The translations under genes were made by a program, and so were the position numbers. Below the pieces are notes generated by a model. That model made no database searches. It was given only the letters and a program-made list of their open reading frames with translations, and was not told the origin of the DNA. Below are positions 1-12,330 of a stretch of DNA of 64,000 nucleotides, piece after piece (position 1 is the stretch's first letter; each line of letters opens with the position of its first letter). Source of the DNA: Octopus vulgaris (lineage: Eukaryota); the NCBI GenBank assembly GCA_951406725.2, contig OX597832.1, forward strand, positions 14,756,001-14,820,000, in the 5' to 3' direction.

Positions 1-118
1 TTAATCTAAACCCAAAATAAATAGGCAAAACAAAATCCCTTCTACGGCTGAGAAGCTCAGGACACAAATTAGAGGCTGAAGGATTTTTAATTGCAGCAGA
101 AACCACCAGAAATTACTA

Positions 119-232
<114 letters not shown>

Positions 233-249
233 TAGTAATGCAATACGAA

Positions 250-559
250 AGTATTGCTTTCCAGTAAAGAATAGCCCGTGAGGGAAAATTATACAAAGAA
301 GTAAATATATGGCACAACGAAGTACCGATATTTACTGGAAAATAGCGAACGTAATAATACGACGCTAATGTATAGCTTCACCGCTTATGTACTAGCAAAA
401 ATGCGTGAGTGCAACAAACTAGAAAAAAATTGTCTTACCTCCAGGGAGAACATTATTACGTTCGCTATTTCCAGTAAATATCGCTACTTCGTTGTGCCAT
501 ATATTTACTTCTTTGTATAATTTTCCCTCACGGGCTATTCTTTACTGGAAAGCAATACT
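250..559. mobile_element. Fold-back/MITE-like element with ~108-bp terminal inverted repeats
   Basis: 250-358 (agtattgctttccagtaaag...gaacgtaataat) is the near-perfect reverse complement of 452-559. The spacer is ~93 bp, and (TA)n tracts lie at or near both ends. Confidence 0.8.
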
Positions 560-1221
560 ATATATATATAATGAGAAGAAACGTAGCAACTAACTGCAGA
601 ATATGTGGAGATAGACAAGAAACCATATTGTCTCTGGCTGTCCTGTCCTGGCTGAGAATAAATTCAGACGACATCAGTCAATTATATTTTATTTTGCAAA
701 TACAAGTCTTATTACGACATCTAGATTGCCTTTTTGTTGTAAGTGCGTAATATCAACTTGATGCTGTGTTTCTGCATTGTAACAATTTAAACAACTGAAG
801 AAATCCTTCATTGTTGGATACTCTTATATCAGAATGCCGTTGATAATGTTTTGCGCATCACTGATTGAGTATACACAAAAAAAAAAACGTGAAAAATCAT
901 GACCAATTCGATTGTATTGAATATACTTATATTTCAATGGGATTTTCTCTAATAAGAAAAAAAAAATCTCCATCGTTTGTTGTAAATTAATATTCATTTA
1001 ATATTCAGTTCGAAATACGATTTGTATAGTGTGCACAGGAATTTCTCGACTGTAGAAGGAACCAAGAAATGAACAGTATTATGTGTGAAAGCAAAGGACA
1101 AATATCAATTTCGTATACCATTTCCCACTTCCGCATTCCCTGACTTTGGATATATAATTTATTTTTCCTTTCGTTACTTATGTTTTCTACAATTAAGTCG
1201 TAGATCTCAATACTTTATTGT

Positions 1222-1640
1222 TTTCTTTTATACTTTTACTTGTTTCAGTCATTTGACTGCGGCCATGCTGGAGCATCACCTGTATTCATGCAAATCGACA
1301 CCAGGACTTATTCTTTGTATACCTACTACTTATTCTATCGGTCACTTTTGCCGAACCGCTAAGTTACGGGGGCAAAAACACACCACCATCGGTTGTCAAG
1401 CGATGTTGTGTGTGTGGGGCGGGGCAAACGCAAACACACAAACATATACACACATACATATATGTATACATATATACGACGGGCGTATTTCAGTTTCCGT
1501 CTACCAAATCGACTCACAAAGCTTTGGTCAGCCTGAGGTTATAGTAGAAGAGGCTTGCCCAAGGTGCCACCCGGTGGGAAGGAACACGGAACCATCTGGT
1601 TGGTAAGCAAGCTATTTACCACACAGACGCTCTTGCGCCT
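1222..1640 (-). mobile_element. tRNA-derived SINE, family B (internal CA/TA microsatellite)
   Basis: The minus strand starts aggcgcaagagcgtctgtgtggtaaatagcttgc...ggttccgtgttcc (A/B-box-like). It is homologous to copies at 15.0-15.4 kb and 46.9-47.7 kb and to partial copies at 9.6, 19.9 and 27.6 kb. Confidence 0.85.
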
Positions 1641-2691
1641 ATTATTAATTAAATTTTATAATAATTATAATAATTATACATTATATAATTCAAAGTATCA
1701 TTGAACAAACCATTTCTCATTTTGCTCGGGAGGCAATTAGAATCTTGAAAACATGCTGCAGCATAATCATTACAAGACTTGCTGACTTATGATTTGGACG
1801 ATAGAAAATAATACGATGATATTCATTGTAGTATTTAAAATAGAGAATATACAAGAATTATGATATGCTAAGTATGCTTCCGAACGTGCAATATATCTAT
1901 CTACAGTGTAGTGCAAATGAAAATTGCTGTTGCTGTTTACGGAATCACGATTTCCCAAGCATTTGACAAACAGTGTAAATAGGCTTCGAATGCTATGTGA
2001 GCAAGAAATAGTAATCTCGCTGCAGTTGTTCTCCATTTAATTAACAGTCTTAAAACCTCTCGTCGGCAATAATGCCTAGAAATCATTGTAATTATAGAAA
2101 TAATGTTAAATATCATCCTAATTTATCTTATTCCTCGAATATGTATCATACATAGGAATTACGAATTACACACAGCGCGTCACGATATGCGAACATGTTG
2201 TTTTTAATGAAATATTTTGCGTGCTTCCCATCTCACTTAATATTCGAGTGAAATTCAGATACATATCTAAGATATTTTTAAAAATATTATATTGAATTTC
2301 ATTTTCGAAATTTACTTAACCACGAATGATATTCTGATATATCTTTATGAATGCATGACGGTAATACGAAATAAACGCATGCAGTAGGAGGTCATGCCAA
2401 AATGTGCAACATATTCTCTTTACGTTATTTACAGAAATGACGTAAGCTTTGAAGAAAAATGCTTCCGTTTTCTGTGACTTGAATTCAGGTAAATATGCTA
2501 TCGATATTTTAAGTTAGAAAAGTAGTGACTATAAAAATATATCACTGTAGTATACTTATACATATCCATTAATTCTTTCTCTTATTACGTGACGCTTAAT
2601 AATGCATCATAGACAATTATAAATATACAAATGAACACGTAGAAATATATTCAAATGATCTCTCTCTCTATTGCTCAGATCTTTACCCCCC

Positions 2692-2732
<41 letters not shown>

Positions 2733-2929
2733 TGTATATGTATATCTATCTATCTATTTTCTTTCTCTCTCTCTCTCCATATACATATGTGTATGTGTGT
2801 GTGTGTGTGTGTGTGCGTTTGTGTATGCATACACACACATCAATACCTGAATGATTTAGTCGTCCCATCCACCGCATAGAAAACGCAATACTCCATAAAG
2901 CCAATCCAGAAGAATTTGTACCATTGTTG

Positions 2930-3255
2930 AAGATGCGAATATCGATAGATATGTCGCGGGTAGCTTGGGAAGTAAAGCAGTTGCGCTCGCTGAAATAGGT
3001 GGTAGTAGCACCAATAATTGTCGGAGTCCTGAGAAGAGTGAGTAAAAATCTTGAGAAGTACATGGAGAAATAGGGGCTGCAGTAAGTGTGCGGCATTTGC
3101 AGACAATAGCACTGCTTGAAACCGCTCCATTTCTCCGGAGGTTTCTCGAATAATGAGGGGTGTTGCCTTAGTTCACTGGTAGTGAGCAGCTGACACGTAG
3201 TACCCCTTCAGCGTTAGAATCTGTCCAAAGGCAATAATAGAGATAATAATAATTG
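2930..3255 (+). mobile_element. 3' end of an R4/Dong-clade non-LTR retrotransposon (restriction-like endonuclease C-terminus), decayed
   Basis: Manual translation across stops/frameshift gives ...AWEVKQLRSLK*VVVAPIIVGVLRRVSKNLEKYMEK..LQTIALLETAPFLRRFLE*. This matches the R4/Dong tail pattern (V.PIV.GALG...L...L....LQK..LL.TA.ILR..L). A short UTR and a TAA-like tail follow. Confidence 0.75.
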
Positions 3256-3260
3256 TAGTT

Positions 3261-3322
<62 letters not shown>

Positions 3323-3430
3323 TGTAGTAGTAGCAGTAGTAGTTGTAGTAGTGGTGGTGGTGGTGGTGGTAGTAGCAGTGGTGGCAGCAGCAGCAGCAGT
3401 AGTAGTAATAATAGTAGTAGTGGTAGTAAT
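3255..3430. repeat. (TAG/TGG/CAG)n trinucleotide microsatellite
   Basis: Direct reading. Confidence 0.95.
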
Positions 3431-4797
3431 TGTAATCAATTTTTAGAATAACAAAACCTATCTGAAGCAAAATTAGGAATAAAATATTTTACGTTATTAA
3501 ATATAGACAAACGTAAATATTGACCATGCAGATCGCGTTTCCCAAAGTGGAACAGACAATCAATTTCATATGTTGTTTTAAACATCGCTATAAAGAGTTC
3601 ATAAATATAGCAGTAATTTCGTAAATGATCGTTTAAATGTAAACAATGCACGGCAAAAAACTTGTACAAAATTTAACGTACCATATAAAAAGGAATTACA
3701 GTATGATATTGCAAAAGATATACACCGAGATATTTTTCCTATTACAAAAAAGTGAAAACTGTATCTCTATAATAACGAGCTTTGTAAATATACTTACAAG
3801 TTTTTAATTGTGTGTATACGAGAACGTTGGATGATTTATGTATTGGTTATGTTCATAGATTTATTACCATTAGCTCGTAGTTTAAAATCCTGAATTAATT
3901 TGCAATATGACCCTTAAAGTGTTTCTCACTATTTCACTTTCAACCAATATGTTTGTCTGAAAACACGAATCGTGTTATGCGTGTGGAGTACTCTGTAATC
4001 AAATTGTCAGGTCTGTAACTGTTGGGTAGGTGAATATAATCTTATTGTGTGTATATGAGTTTTCCTCAATGCATATTAAATTAAAATAATAATCACAAGT
4101 GTTCATGAGGTACACTACATCTTCGTTTACTTCTCTTTTTCTCGCTCTCTTCATTCGTATATGTATACGAGTGTATGCGAACTAATATGTGTTTCTAAAT
4201 AGTTTGGCTGAAAAGTATTTACTGAGATATGGTGGAAGATTTTATACTCTGTCGATTATCCGTAACGCCGCTCTCGAAATAAAACTTTTAGCAACGTCCC
4301 CACTACTTCACAGAGAGTTTAAAAAGTTGACATCTCAAGATATTTAGAAGACGTAAATACAGAGATCAGATTACATATAACACATTTCATCTTTATCTCT
4401 GCCAGTCACATTCTATTTCTCTTAATATCAGATGTGGTCAAATTCAGGGTATGGTTTCATTCTACTCCGTTTCGAAAAGATTAATGTACGCCAAAAGTAG
4501 AACAGTGAACCTACAAAAATCCCAATGGAGTCGGGATTTTACAGCCTAAGAAAGACTAGGAGAGACAAGCAGCCAAGCATACATACGCCAAATGCGAAGT
4601 ATGTAAACAATCTCTTGCCGACACGAATGCATATATTAATTAAAAGTTATCATCATTGAAATTGACGGAATACCAGAGAGTAACGTATATTTACTTATCT
4701 CAAATCTCCAGGGCAAGATTCCATTAGAAATTCCAATACACACATGCATACATAGCTTCATACATTCATATACACATACATACTTGCACATATGCAA

Positions 4798-4849
<52 letters not shown>

Positions 4850-4879
4850 TGTATATGTGCACGTATGTATGTCTTTATG

Positions 4880-4931
<52 letters not shown>

Positions 4932-5934
4932 CCTTAATGTGTGCGTCTTCGTGTGTGTGATATAATTATAAACATATAAATACACTCATGCACACGCAGA
5001 TATATAGTGTAAAAACTTAAGACGCGTATATTCAGGGAATTAAATAAACGCCAAAGTGTTTTCTATTCACGTCTTAACTTAATTCCAAATTTGCATTAAT
5101 AGCTCTATGCTTATCTCAAATTTGTTCAACATAGCAGAGCTTAGATTAATACATTTATTAACTGACAAGACAGTATTTATTAATATGAAAATATGTAAAT
5201 CTATGATGTCAGTGGTAATTAGTATGCAACACCTATTCGTTTTCTTCTTATCAACGCTGTGCATATTTTCATGTTATCCCAAATGGAAAAGAATTTGATA
5301 TGGCTTAATCCCATTCACTTCTTTCTATTTTTTTTTCAAATAATGAATAATATAATTTCTCAAAATCTGCCTATATAAATTAATTTTCGACAATTTGCAG
5401 AAGTATGATATACGGAGTAACTTCATAGTGCAGCAAAATATATGTTGCACTGCTTCAGGTATGTTTCCAGTAATTAGTGTTCATGTTCGTGTTGATATAT
5501 GTGTCTTGTAATTAGCGTTCTATGTATGCACTGGACGTGCATATGTCCTCCATTGTCCGATACTATATAGACAGGTTTAGAGAAATGATAATTTAGCTAA
5601 TCTAAATTTACCCCTGCTTCATGGGAATTTTTCTTTGGCTGTAATTTTCTGCCACTCAATCATTCGGGTTAGCAGTCTCTATATCTATACTTCCCTACTT
5701 ATTTAGGAAGAATTATTTATCGTTCAAAATGGAGGAAGCATGACGGAGCAATGCATTGTGAAGAGACCAGGATGAAGCAATCATGAACAGCCTTTTAATC
5801 GTGAATAACTCCCGTTCCTAACGACGGCCGTATTGTCTATGTAATGAAAATGGTATTAGGTGAAAGTGTATACTTGCCGTGCATGCTCGGGTGTGCTATT
5901 GTGTATATTTCTGCATGTTTTTCTTCCTATGGTG

Positions 5935-6235
5935 TGGAGTCACGTTGCCTAGTGGTTAAAACAACGGACTCACGGTCGAGGTATTGCGGGTTCGACACTC
6001 AGACGGGGTGATGTGTGTGTTTCTGAGCGAAACACCTGAGCTCTACGGGGCTCCGACTGGTGGTAATGGCGAACTGCTGCTGATTCTTTCGCCACAAATT
6101 TCTCTCACTCTTTCCTCCAGCATCTTGCAGCTCACCTGCGAGGGACCGGAGTCCGGTCCAGGCGGAGAACCTATACGCCAAAGAAACCGGGAAACATCCA
6201 TTATGAGTCAGGCATGGCTCGAGAAGGAACAAGCA
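5935..6235 (+). mobile_element. tRNA-derived SINE, family A
   Basis: A-box-like tgcctagtgg and B-box ggttcgacactc, then gtgtgtttctgagcgaaacacct shared with the 19.6 kb and 14.0 kb copies. Confidence 0.8.
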
Positions 6236-7444
6236 ATCATCCTATGGTGGTCAATGATCTCCTAGTATTATTTTAGTTTCCCAGATATGAAAGCAAGCAA
6301 TTAATTTCCTTAAAAATCAATAGAATTTAAAATTGATGTAGTTCTTTCCAATTCAGTATCATATTATCTCCGTTTAAAGGATACTTCTTCATATGAATGA
6401 CCCGGCAATATTCTTTACAATCAAATATTTTTAAACAGAATGAATAGCATATTCACTTTGAAAGTTGACGCATTTAAGATATGACTATAAAACCGACTAT
6501 TTCATAAAGGTTAAAATCCGAAATCAATATATATTTTCAATATTGCTGGTAATCTAAAATATATTTCATTACGTCAAATGCATAAGCACAATATTATCAT
6601 ATTATAAATGGTTTAAATATATATTTGTGAGAATATATGTTTTTTTATTCGTGAAAAATGGGGAAAAAAATAGTTAATTCTGCTTTTAAAGCTATAAGCA
6701 TAAATTCTCGAATTATTACTGTTTTGAAATGCATGTTTTTTTTAAAGATATTACTTCAAATGTAATTATTACCTCTCTTTGAATAGAATTATAGGTTTCC
6801 AAGGTTTAAAAACATATATTTTCATACAATATATATTCTATGCTCTATAAAATCTAATTCCAAACCACAGGTTCTTCTATGTTTACTGAATTATTGACAA
6901 TTTATCATCACATTTTTATATATATTTTAAAGAACTTTACATGCAACAGTTCACTGAATACATTTGTTTATTTTTATATTATTAGCAATCATAGCGTGGC
7001 ACTTACATCTCAGGATAATATTTATGGACAATAAATTACAACGCAAATCTATGTTGCAGAACGTATATAACATAATGAAAAGAAATAAAACTATATTTCT
7101 TTTTCTATTTTCGTATATTCTTAATATATCATAAACGGTTTAACTAGCAATTATGATATTTGCTGCTTTAGAATGAGAGAAATTATATAAAAAGTTTACA
7201 GACAGTTTGAATGTTGACAATAAATGATAGAATATAATCAAGATAATTTAACTTGCTTTTAAATAATGTATAAATATTGATCTATTCTCTTGGCTAAAGC
7301 AATAAGAATCGAAGTGAATGCAGCTAATCGACTGAATTGAAATGGTTTCTTTTATACTTCTTAGGCAAATAAAAGGCCCGTGAAATATAAATCCGGCGGA
7401 ATTGGATCCTTCAATACAAGCGGAAATTATCAGAAATACCTTAC

Positions 7445-7460
7445 CTTTCTTCCCGGCCAT
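7445..7460 (-). CDS. Candidate first coding micro-exon (ATG GCC GGG AAG AAA G|gtaagg) of an unidentified gene running leftward
   Basis: The minus strand reads gagagATGGCCGGGAAGAAAG|GTAAGG: good Kozak context (G at -3, G at +4) and a strong donor, in non-repetitive sequence. No downstream exon was identified. Confidence 0.3.
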
Positions 7461-7847
7461 CTCTCAGTCTCTCCAGCCCAACAACATACACATATACTCT
7501 ATACCAATTGGCAAACAGTTGAACTGGATATAATTGTCTATGTGTTTGCAACATGAATTAGATTGTATTACATGAAAAAATATTTAAAGTTTATCACAAT
7601 ATGCCCATTATATTACTAGGAAGAGCACTTTATAAAATTTTAAATTTAATGTACAGTACAGTTGTGCTTTAGAAGATATAGTATGTCGATAGTATAAATA
7701 TATATTATACATGTACATGTTGAGATGTGAAGAATCAAATGCCAAGGCGATTTTATTATTTATTTATTTATTTTATATTTTTCGATGGCGCAAATCTGTG
7801 ATGTTCATTCAAAGCTCATTCCCTCACATCTTTTGAGTCATTGTTTA

Positions 7848-8075
7848 CTAGAATTAGCAGTCGAAACTTAACTCTGAAACCACATTGAATGTTCACACGG
7901 CACCAGGAGAGGAGACAAAGAGACAAAATAAACAAGCCCAAAAAATACTAGATAAGTCTGGATCCCGGTTTTCAGGCTCTGCATATGAAATGCTTTGCCT
8001 TCATCAGTGGAATAAACGTAGATAGCATATAAATACAAAGATATATATATATATATATATATATATTCAACCGTT

Positions 8076-8134
<59 letters not shown>

Positions 8135-8256
8135 CATCATACGAATAATTAAATATATGTGCATATATATGTTTATTTTGTCTCTTTATCTTCTTTCCTG
8201 GTACTGTATTGACATTTAATATGGTTTTAGAGTCAAGTTTCGGCTGCTATTTCTAG
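7848..8256. mobile_element. Fold-back element with ~87-bp diverged inverted arms enclosing an HHR-like core and a (TA)n tract
   Basis: 7848-7934 (ctagaattagcagtcgaaac...aaataaaca) is the approximate reverse complement of 8170-8256. Confidence 0.75.
7958..8012 (-). ncRNA. Hammerhead ribozyme-like motif (core and helix II intact, helices I/III degenerate)
   Basis: Minus strand: CUGAUGA-AGGC-aaa-GCAU-uucau-AUGC-aga-GCCU-GAAA-accggg. Confidence 0.55.
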
Positions 8257-8419
8257 CGTGGTTGTATGTTTTAGATACCTTTATTTATTATGTTAATAAT
8301 TAAGTATTACATTTCATGATTTTTCCCATGCTAGCCACCTGATAAGACCGGTATTTTAAATAATGATCTAATCCTTTCATTAGAAAATATTTGAATTTCC
8401 CTCTGATATGAAAACATTA

Positions 8420-8618
8420 ATGACAATTTTGTCGCAATGTCAACAATTTCAGCGGTAGGGTAAGTCTATTAAAACGATCCCAGTATTCGAATTGTGCTTA
8501 TTTTCTCGAAACCAATTGATGAAAGGCAATGCCGATTTCGCCGAATTTGAACTCGGAGCGTGGAGAGAAACTAAGTATTTCAACCGCCGGGCTATCGATG
8601 CTGTCATCTCGCCGCCTT
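8420..8618 (-). mobile_element. SINE family C, degenerate
   Basis: Reverse complement aaggcggcgagatgacagcatcgatagc...gagttcaaattcggcg...ttgcctttcatc is homologous to 62006-62222. Confidence 0.7.
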
Positions 8619-8729
8619 AGATAACGGAACAGATATTGAACCCATATCAGTGCTCACAAATGTACTGAAAATGTACAGAGTGCTTCCTAGCATGACCAAC
8701 AAAGTATTGATTCAGGAAAGTAGATGAAG

Positions 8730-9015
8730 TACAGTTCTATATTTCAGAGATGAGGAATTATATATATTATTTACATTTGACGGATATTTCTCCCCATCTG
8801 GTTTGTTGTTAACGCAAAGTTTAGGTTGATATACCCTCCAGCCTTCATCATGTGTCTTGGAGAAATTTCGAAATTGGGTCCTTATTCCTAAGGTTAGTTA
8901 CCAGCGATCTTAACCACTATGCGATATGACGACAGGAGGGTATATCAGCCGAAACGTTGTGTTAACAATAAACAAAACGAGGAAAAATATTCGTCAAATA
9001 TAGATAATGTAAATA
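8730..9015 (-). mobile_element. tRNA-headed, hammerhead-containing short element with inverted duplication
   Basis: Arms ~8765-8839 and ~8935-9008 are inverted copies. The minus strand has A-box-like tcgcatagtggttaag, a degenerate B-box, then gacac-aUGAUGA-a-ggctg-gagggtatat-caacc-taaa. The right arm keeps cagcc-GAAACGUU-gtgtt. Confidence 0.7.
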
Positions 9016-9517
9016 GTAGTTAGAACATTTTCACACATTATAAAATAAGCAACTAATTATCTTAAATAACAAAAGTGGCACATCTTATGACTAACGACTA
9101 ATAAAATACCATGACCCACTTTACACAAAGATTGGAACAATAGGTTTGTATCTAAGAACTTTATTTGTACGACAAAAGAGAACTTATGTCATCCGATTCG
9201 CTACTCCTATAATCCTAACATAATCTCATATAATACACCATATAAGGCAGGATCACGAAGAAACACCGGATGATGCAGTAGGAAACAAAATGATGTTAAA
9301 TGGAGGAGGAGGAGGAGGATAGAGATTATAGTTTAAATATCCACCATATTTTATTGTTGCATACAATTAATCAAGGGTAAATGGAGCTTCTACGAGTACT
9401 TTATTATATCGAACAATATATGACATCATAAGCATATCTCAAATTAATTGTCCTTGCGTTCTCAGCAATGTTTAAAAATTGACGTTTGTTGTTATTACGG
9501 TTGGAATAAAATTCTAG

Positions 9518-9589
<72 letters not shown>

Positions 9590-9719
9590 TCTACTCTTTT
9601 ACTTGTTTCTGCCATTTGACTGCAGCCATGATGAAGCTTCGCCTTTAGTCGAACACATCGACCCCATGACTTATTCTGTAAGCTTAGTAATTATTCTATT
9701 AGTCTCTTTTGCCAATCCG

Positions 9720-9756
<37 letters not shown>

Positions 9757-10194
9757 CACATATATATGTAACATACCAACATATGTTGCACTGTCTTTTA
9801 AGTAGTTGTTCTATATGTATTTTGTTATTTATGATTCTCTTTCTTATTTTTTGTAGATTATGATTACGTTGTATCTTTCAGGAACAGCACTCCATTTTGT
9901 ACATAACTTCATTTCTCAAGCTGCATATCATAACTTGATTATTTTTTCTTTTTAACTTGACAAACTTCGTGATAACCAGAATATGATTTTACATCTGCCA
10001 TCTTCATCTGTCTGGGCAAACAGATTTTTCTGCGGTCTCTTGTGAGTAAAACACATTTAGCAATTTCCCTAGTCATACGATTTCTTGCCTTATATGTTAC
10101 AATATATTTTCAATCTTAGACATGTAATATCAATTTGTCTTTTACATTTTCGTAATAGTTTATATTTCTATGAATCTCGCAACTCCACCAGCAA

Positions 10195-10200
10195 CAATAA

Positions 10201-10253
<53 letters not shown>

Positions 10254-10490
10254 AAAATAATAATAATAATAATAGTAATAATAATAATAATGCTACTACT
10301 ACTATTATTACTACTACTATTACTACTAGTAATACTACTACTGCTGATGATGCTACTACTACTGCTACTGAAACAACCACCACCACCGCTACCACCACCA
10401 CTACTACTATTACTACTACTACTACTACTACAACTACTACTACTGCTACTACTACTACTTATTATTATTATTATTATTACTATTAATGTT
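10195..10490. repeat. (ACT/AAT/ACC)n trinucleotide microsatellite
   Basis: Direct reading; explains the poly-T/L/V ORFs. Confidence 0.95.
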
Positions 10491-11174
10491 GCTGTTACTA
10501 CCCTGTTTTCTGCAACTATAAAATATTTTGTATAAAATAATTCTTATGTCGCCGCAAATTTTCATTTTATTTCTCGGTTTTCTGGTTTTCCTTAATGTAA
10601 GTAAATTCTCTCACGCAATGTTTATTTCCATTCCAGAAAATATCCATCTCATATGCTGGGAAAATCCAATTGCTTAAGAGAAGTTATGCAAATAGAAACA
10701 AGCCTATTGGAAAATTTTAGTAAAATTGTGTAGCTGTCATGCCCTGATTGATTGTCATAAGTTAATATTCTGAACCTTCCTATCTACAGATTATATTTGT
10801 CAACAGGTGCTAGATAGGTGAGATTTCAAATACAGAATAATAAAGTTACCGGCAAATTTCAGTAAAAACAGAGGAGGAGATTCTTAGGAATTTTTTTTTT
10901 ATTTTTAGTGGAATTGAAACAACGTGTTTTATTAATAGGAGAAGCATACGTTAAGTGTATTTCCTTGTGTTTCCCTTTATCTCACTCATCAACACTCTCA
11001 CCGTATGTAAAATTCTTGAAATCTTAAATCACACGCTAAGCCTACGCATACATACATAGATACACAAGCACACAACACACTTGAATACGCGCACGCATAC
11101 ATCCCCACACATATATATATATATACACATAAGTTATTACCAGCAATGAGCGATAGAAAGAGGCACTGAAACAC

Positions 11175-11400
<226 letters not shown>

Positions 11401-12258
11401 AATGCCATTATACATTCTTCATGATTGAACATTCTACGCGGTGTTATCGATAGAAATCTTCGCAAATGAACCCTACTATATTTGTGCTGCTAGAAAGACA
11501 GATAGGCAAATAGATAGATAGATAGTTCGGCAGACAGACACATAGATAAATTCACAGATAAATAGAGGGAACGCAGACAAGAAGAGCAGATAGCCTGACA
11601 GAAGGATAGATAGGTAGATAGACTACCTTATAAATAAGAGCGACGAGTGTGGGGAGAGGGGAAGAGATTATTGGAACAATAAAGAGAGTTTATTTATGAA
11701 ATATATCAAACCACAAACAATATGTCTGACAACAGGAAACATTTTTGTTTCAAATTGCGGCACGAGGTCAGTAGTTTTGGGGATTGGAGCAAATTGGTTA
11801 CATTCGGTACACATTTTATTGACACCGAAAGGATGAAAGGGAAACACAAACTCGGAAATAAAAATAAAATTATAATAAACATTCATACTCCATTATCAGA
11901 TATCACATATTTCGTGACAAATTATATAAAACTTTAGATATCATTTTATTCCGTTATTCTCGTATATCTTTCAGCCCTATGGCCATCATCATGCTGGAAC
12001 ACCACCACAAAAATCATTATCAATCTAACGAGTATGTATTTTCGATTAGCATTACAAAGGTGTCAAGAGAAACAAATCGTTAAGTCAGTCGCCTGCTCGT
12101 TTTCAACGGAGATTTCTCTATCATAATTGCATCGTCCTATTTAGTGATCATATGTATATATATATATGTTACCTTGTGTCCATTCATCTGTCGATCTCCC
12201 AAGTCAGCTTGCTCGCGCACATGCATGTGTCTGTTATTGTGAGTGTGCGGGTGTGTAG

Positions 12259-12329
<71 letters not shown>

Positions 12330-12330
<1 letters not shown>

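Noticed and set aside
1085-1606. 173-aa ORF
   Set aside because: Antisense read-through of a SINE; similar peptides recur at 15154 and 46977.
2435-2488. 54-bp segment with tttacag acceptor and cag|gtaaat donor
   Set aside because: It has stops in all three frames. It could be a UTR exon, but there is no support.
5935-6005. tRNA-like sequences (also at 14.1, 19.6 and 44.0 kb)
   Set aside because: They are SINE heads continuing into shared SINE bodies, not complete cloverleaf tRNA genes.
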